NCBI RefSeq assembly: GCF_009914755.1
Contig: NC_060939.1
Length of the DNA stretch: 64,000 nt
Origin: the human T2T-CHM13v2.0 reference genome, Homo sapiens
Strand: one strand, 5' to 3'
Part shown: piece by piece, positions 59,013 to 64,000 of the stretch
How the letters are laid out: every line of letters begins with the position of its first letter
Position numbering within the stretch: the first letter of the stretch is position 1
Translations under genes and position numbers: made by a program
The notes under the pieces: generated by a model
What the model was told of the DNA's origin: nothing
What the model saw: the letters and a program-made list of their open reading frames with translations, nothing else
The model's database searches: none

Positions 59013-59977
59013 GCTTCGCTCGTTTGTTTATTTAATTTTCCCCATTGATCTGTTTTAGAAGACAACAGGAAAGAAAGCAAAAAGCACATAGTTTATTGCG
59101 TTCCTTCGATAACCTCTCTTTGGGACTATGAGATCATCACCAGATGTGAAAACGAAAGCAGTGATTTCAGAAACCGTCGATTCTGAATATCCCATGGCGG
59201 CATATGCAAAGGAAGATGAGAAACACATGGTGACTGGAAACATGCAGTGTTTGACAGAAATTGCAAGATGCCCTCTAGACAACTCCCAGCCTATATACTC
59301 TGTTTTGGTCAATTTATTACTTTTTAGTGCAGAGCCCTAAAATTTGAGTTACAGGCAATCTTTGAAATAGCAAGGCAGGCACTGATGTGGAGCCAAGAAG
59401 TGTAATTGCTGTCCAAGTGCAGATCAGAATGCCAATGCCTGAAGGTATGGGAAGATCTGAGCCCTTGGGCCCCCCTCAAGGCAAGGGACCGAATGGACCA
59501 GCCCCACCCACAGGCACATCTAATGAGATAGGTCTTGTCCATCAATAATTGTTTAAGTGAACAAAGGGATGGGAGGCTGGGGTTTCACATCTACTTCTGG
59601 CACTTCCTCACATTTTCTGGCTGCTTCTTCAAAAAAGAGTAATAAAAAATCTCTTTTACAAGTCTTGAGTATAAAAGAAATAAGTTTTCATAAGTGACTC
59701 TTTTTGAGAGTCCCAAAGGAAAGACACACTTTCTCTAATTTCAAGAGCTTATTATGTAGAGACTTTTGAATCAGTTATTTCCACATTCTGACTCCACTAA
59801 CCTGGTGCACCTGTCCTGGCAACAGAAGCATGGGATGGAGGATAAAATGTTCTGGGCTTTGGACTGGGAAAGCTGAGCTCAGGGCATCACTGTTTTCCAG
59901 TGGTGTTATCACAAGTAAATTATTTAACCTCACTGAAGAGAGCAACAGGGAAAAAAGTGGTAAATACCACTTAGACT

Positions 59978-60150
59978 AATGGTTCCCAAACTTGGCTGCA
60001 CATCAAAATCACCTGGGAGTTTATAAAAATCCAATGCCCATGTCACGTCCTGTACCAATTACATCAAAATATCTGAAGCTGCAGCTAGGCATCAGTTTTT
60101 TTAAAGGTCTCTAAGTGATTCCAATGTATAGCAAGATTTGGGAACCACTG
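59978..60150. mobile_element. MER5-like DNA transposon
   Basis: TGGTTCCCAAACTTGGCTGCACATCAAAATCACCTGGG ... TTTGGGAACCACTG terminal inverted repeats. Confidence 0.75.
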
Positions 60151-60342
60151 GTATAAATGTTGAGTCTTCAATGAGAACATCTATGTTCCGATCACAGTAC
60201 CCAACAAATAGAATGTGCACAAAAAACTTAAGCTTCTTCCTTATCAGTTACTATGACAAATGAGATTGGTTGTACTTTAGGGTCTAGTTCTGTCCAGCTG
60301 TTGTCTTATTAAATTGCCTCATCTAAAAGAGAAGAAAATTTC

Positions 60343-60486
60343 TTTTTTTCTTCAACTTTTATTTTGAGTTCCAGGGTACATGTGCAGGATGTGCAGGTTT
60401 TTTACACACGTAAACATGTGCCGTGGTGGTTTGCTGCACAGATCAACCCATCATCTTGGTACTAAGCCCAGCATCTATTAGCTATT
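60343..60486 (-). mobile_element. Short L1PA 3' end
   Basis: GGGTACATGTGCAGGATGTGCAGGTT..AAACATGTGCC..GGTGGTTTGCTGCA; TSD AAGAAAATTTCT. Confidence 0.85.
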
Positions 60487-61499
60487 AAGAAAAGAAAATT
60501 TCTAGAAATTAATTTGTTACAATTTTATGATACCGTAACATCTCTTGGAAGAGACATATGTGGATGCTTCTATAGCAAGACCCTGTGATAAGTAATTTTT
60601 ATGTTTGTATCAAAATAATCAGATTGTCTTGTGATTGGTCTAGTCACCTAGCCCAATCTTATTATCTCAGGAGGAAATTAAACTTCGTTAGTATTAACAT
60701 ACTTGTATTAAAATAAGAACCTATACAAACCTATTGATAGAAGGTAGGAATTTATGATTGTGCACTAAATCCATTCACATAAGAAATATTTTTCTTTTTA
60801 CTGGACTCTATGAGACTGACATTTTTTATGTAGAAATAATGTGGCTTTCTTCTCCCAAAGATGCTTATCCATCTTATTCAAATAGAGACACAATGAGAGT
60901 ATTATTTAATAAATATTTGTTAAATGTTTTCTCCAGCATTATAAGAAATGCACCCTCTAACAACCACAACTTCAGTAACACCTTCCTTCTGTTGCTACCC
61001 TAGGTTGGGGGCCATTCAATTTTACCAAGAGTGTGGAAATTCTGCTGTTTTAATGGGGACTGAAAGGAAACTAGTCATTTCTCATTCAAACCATCAAGGC
61101 TCCTAGATTGATTTAAAATATTAAGTCGGTGTTTAAATATTCCAATAAATGGACTTTACAAAGAGCACAAGCAATGTCACTTGAGGAACAAGGCCTCAAG
61201 CTGAGGAGCAGGATATTGGAGAGCCTCCTTCTTAATTACCCACCTTTATTAGACTTGAGGATTTTCTGTCTTACAAGAAAATCAGAAATAAATTTTATTG
61301 GTATGCTCTGTAAGAACGATTTCTTCTGATAACTTGGGGTAGCAGCATTTGTTTGATTAGCTGAATTTGCCATGAATGTGGAAATAATGACATCAAAACA
61401 GCTCGTGTAACAACCTCCTTAAAGACCTCGTAGATTAGAGATGACTATAGATTTTCCCCAGCGCGGATCAAAGGGACTGAATTGAACGTTTTAGCTTAA

Positions 61500-64000
61500 T
61501 GATCCAACCCCTGTCACACCCACAGGGACGCGAATTCCGATTTTATAAGCAGGTGTGCACGTGCACTCAGATACTCACACAAAGCCGCGTGGAGGGACGA
61601 AAAGATCAACCACCCGATCGACGAGGATAGGTTTGATCTTTTCGATTACCTCAGTGTGCCAGTGTATATTCCCGGCTGGGCCTAGCGCCCTAAGAAACTT
61701 CGGAACTTTAGCTGTTAATTTTTGTTTTCTTACTATGACTTCCCAAAGACATTCTATCTGCCTACCGGGGCGAAGAGAAATGGGACCAGGCGTCAGGGCG
61801 GTGGGACCCTGTCCAGGGTCCTGACTCCGCGCCAGGGCTCCAGGCCAGTCGGCCTCCGAAGGCCCTTTCACCCACCCCACACAAGAGGAAACAAAGACTT
61901 CTCAGCTCAAGGCCTCAGGGCTGCCTCCTGACTCCGGTCAGTTTGCAGGAAGAGGAAACAACAAAACAAAGGAACCGCCAATCCGCCGGGTATTATATCC
62001 CTCAGCTCCAACCTCCGACTTCGGACCGCCAGGGTCACCTTCTCTACGCTGACCCCGCTTTTCTTAAATGAAAACACGCCAACAAAAGCATACTTCGGAT
62101 ACAAAATCCAAGTACGCATCTTTTTTGGGGAGGTTAGAGCTGAGGTGTACTTCGGAAGATGAGAATTTTGTTTTCATGAATTGGGTAACACCCAGGCATT
62201 GTTAGGTACCCCGACAGACCCTCTAGATATCCTTCTCTTCCTCCTTCACACTTTCTTCCTATCAAAATAGTTATTGTTTTGAAATTCACTAGAACAACGA
62301 CGTTCTAAAAACAAAGGCGCAGCAAGCATCCCTTTCTTCGCTGCCGCGGGCTGAACCACGGACGCTCGCGGGTCGCCCAGCCCCGACGGCCCGCAGGGGG
62401 CGCGCGCCGCAGCCGCAGCACAGCCCGGCTACCCCAAGAAAGGGAGCCGAATGGAGGGAAGCAGGGAGCGCGGAGGGCTCGAGGCTTGCAGATAAGGAGA
62501 GGCGCATCCTGGGATTTGGGTCCTCTGCTGCTACAACACAACCGTGCTATTGTTGGCACTGTCCGACCCAAGTGTCGGTGGTAAGCGGCGATGTCGGGGC
62601 TGGGTCTCTAGCAACCGCTGTGCCCTGGGTCAGGCTGGTCGCCCCAGCTACCGGGATCCCTCTCCGGATGCTTCCAGGGCGATAGGTGCTGCACCCATTG
62701 ACGGGATAGCCGCATACCTCCGAACAGGTAGTGGAGTTCGTCTCTGGCAGGCATCCTAGCTGCGCTGACACCAAGGTCGCCACACAATAGCCATCAGCCC
62801 CCCTTAAGCCCCAGAAGTAGGTTTCCCCTGCCCCAGCCATAGCGGTTCCAGTCGTCGCCACGAGCCCACTTCTTATCCCCAAGCGCACCTCCCTCTCCTC
62901 ACCCGGGTTTATGCCCGTTACACAGAGAGAACTACACAGGGGGAACTATGGTCCTACACCCTCGAGGGGACAGACACCGGCCGTGAGACAGGCACCACGC
63001 AGAGCCTTCTGGTGACTGTCCGCAGGAGCGAGACCTTTTTTGGTTTTGCAGTCGGCTAGGTGTGTGTGTGTGAGGGTCCCCAGTTGACTACCGGGATGCA
63101 CTGCCACTTTTCGGCCTGGCGGGCTCTGGGACTCCTTGGTCTCCGTAGGAGGCCATCCTAGGCCTTCGGAGGAGGCGCTCCCAGCTGGCGGCGCCCCTCG
63201 CCCCGGGCTCAGAGGCGGACACGGTCGGTCGCGCCCTGCTGGCCCTTTGTTCGCGCCGCAGCGGGCTGGGAGCAGCTGCGCGACACCAGACCCACAGCGC
63301 CAAGACGCGAAGCGCGAGGAAACCGCTGCGCTTGACTCCTTCTCCCCCAACTCTTGGACCCAGGAACGCTTCCAGCTCCTGCGTCCCACACGCCCAGTCC
63401 TGGCTTCTCTCCCGGCCCAGAAGTCTTCAAGGATTGAAGGGCTCTGCCTAGGGCCCCGCACTCCTGCCTGACTCCCATGGCCCAGAAAAGCAGGGGGACA
63501 TTTGAAATGTCACCCCGGGATAAATATTAACAAAAAAGCAAATGGACTTGTGCAGGGGCCAGTTATCAATCAACCAGGCCGCAAGGCCACTCAGGGCAAA
63601 CACAGCCCAGGTTGGGCTGGGCGAGACTTTCTCATGGCCGCCCCCCGACCGAACCCCTCCCCCCTTGGCTCAGGTCCTTCTTAGGTCGTTCTGGGGCAAA
63701 CACCGGACGGGAAGGGGGCGCCGCCAACTCCCCCGCGGGGTTTAGAGGTTTCCTCGCCTCCAAGTCCCGCAGGGCAGGGTCGGAGTGCCCAACACCCACC
63801 CCCGCCCGAACCTCGGGCCTGCGCGCCGCCTTCCCCTGGGTCCGCGGTGCTGCGCTTGCTGTTGGGTGTGTGTCGCTGTCTCTTTCCGAGCCGGCAGCTC
63901 CTGCTGTGTGGCCGAAGCCCTCTGGAATCTTTAATTGGAAACTAATCTTGGTCTTGATAGACGCCCACGTCAGAGGCGCGCCACCCACCCACACCCCCCG
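61500..64000. promoter_or_regulatory. Intronic CpG island (continues past the window edge)
   Basis: Sharp rise in GC and CpG density, free of repeats. Confidence 0.85.
62388..62403 (+). promoter_or_regulatory. CTCF-like site
   Basis: GGCCCGCAGGGGGCGC, near-consensus. Confidence 0.55.

Noticed and set aside
59128-59340. 70-aa ORF with protein-like composition and a small TTCAGAA/TTCTGAA hairpin
   Set aside because: Antisense to the host gene, no homology recognised and no supported splice structure. Treated as part of the regulatory block.
62289-63994. Several overlapping 70-170 aa ORFs
   Set aside because: Expected from stop-codon scarcity in a CpG island. None contains the CUT domain or the His-rich ONECUT1 N-terminus.

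Overview
Primate (almost certainly human) genomic DNA containing the 3' part of ONECUT1 (HNF6) on the minus strand. The last coding exon (CUT-homeodomain linker plus homeodomain) lies at 35836-36128. About 28 kb of intron runs to the right edge and ends in a CpG island with CTCF-like and liver/pancreas TF motifs; exon 1 is outside the window. Left of the stop codon is an AT-rich, repeat-poor stretch of about 7.6 kb. It reads as a long 3' UTR, with several poly(A) signals and an unusually dense, strand-specific array of miR-9 seed sites. Further left is a two-LTR HERV-H provirus (16841-23489, + strand, convergent with ONECUT1), set in an old L1 fragment that was hit repeatedly by other LTRs and an Alu. 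The rest is ordinary Alu/L1/MIR/MaLR/MER repeat sequence, and most short ORFs in the track are noise. I found no wholly new gene system. The strongest leads are regulatory: the extended miR-9-rich 3' UTR, the convergent LTR7 provirus and intronic enhancer/CTCF elements. All counts and coordinates were read by eye, and repeat subfamily names are from memory.
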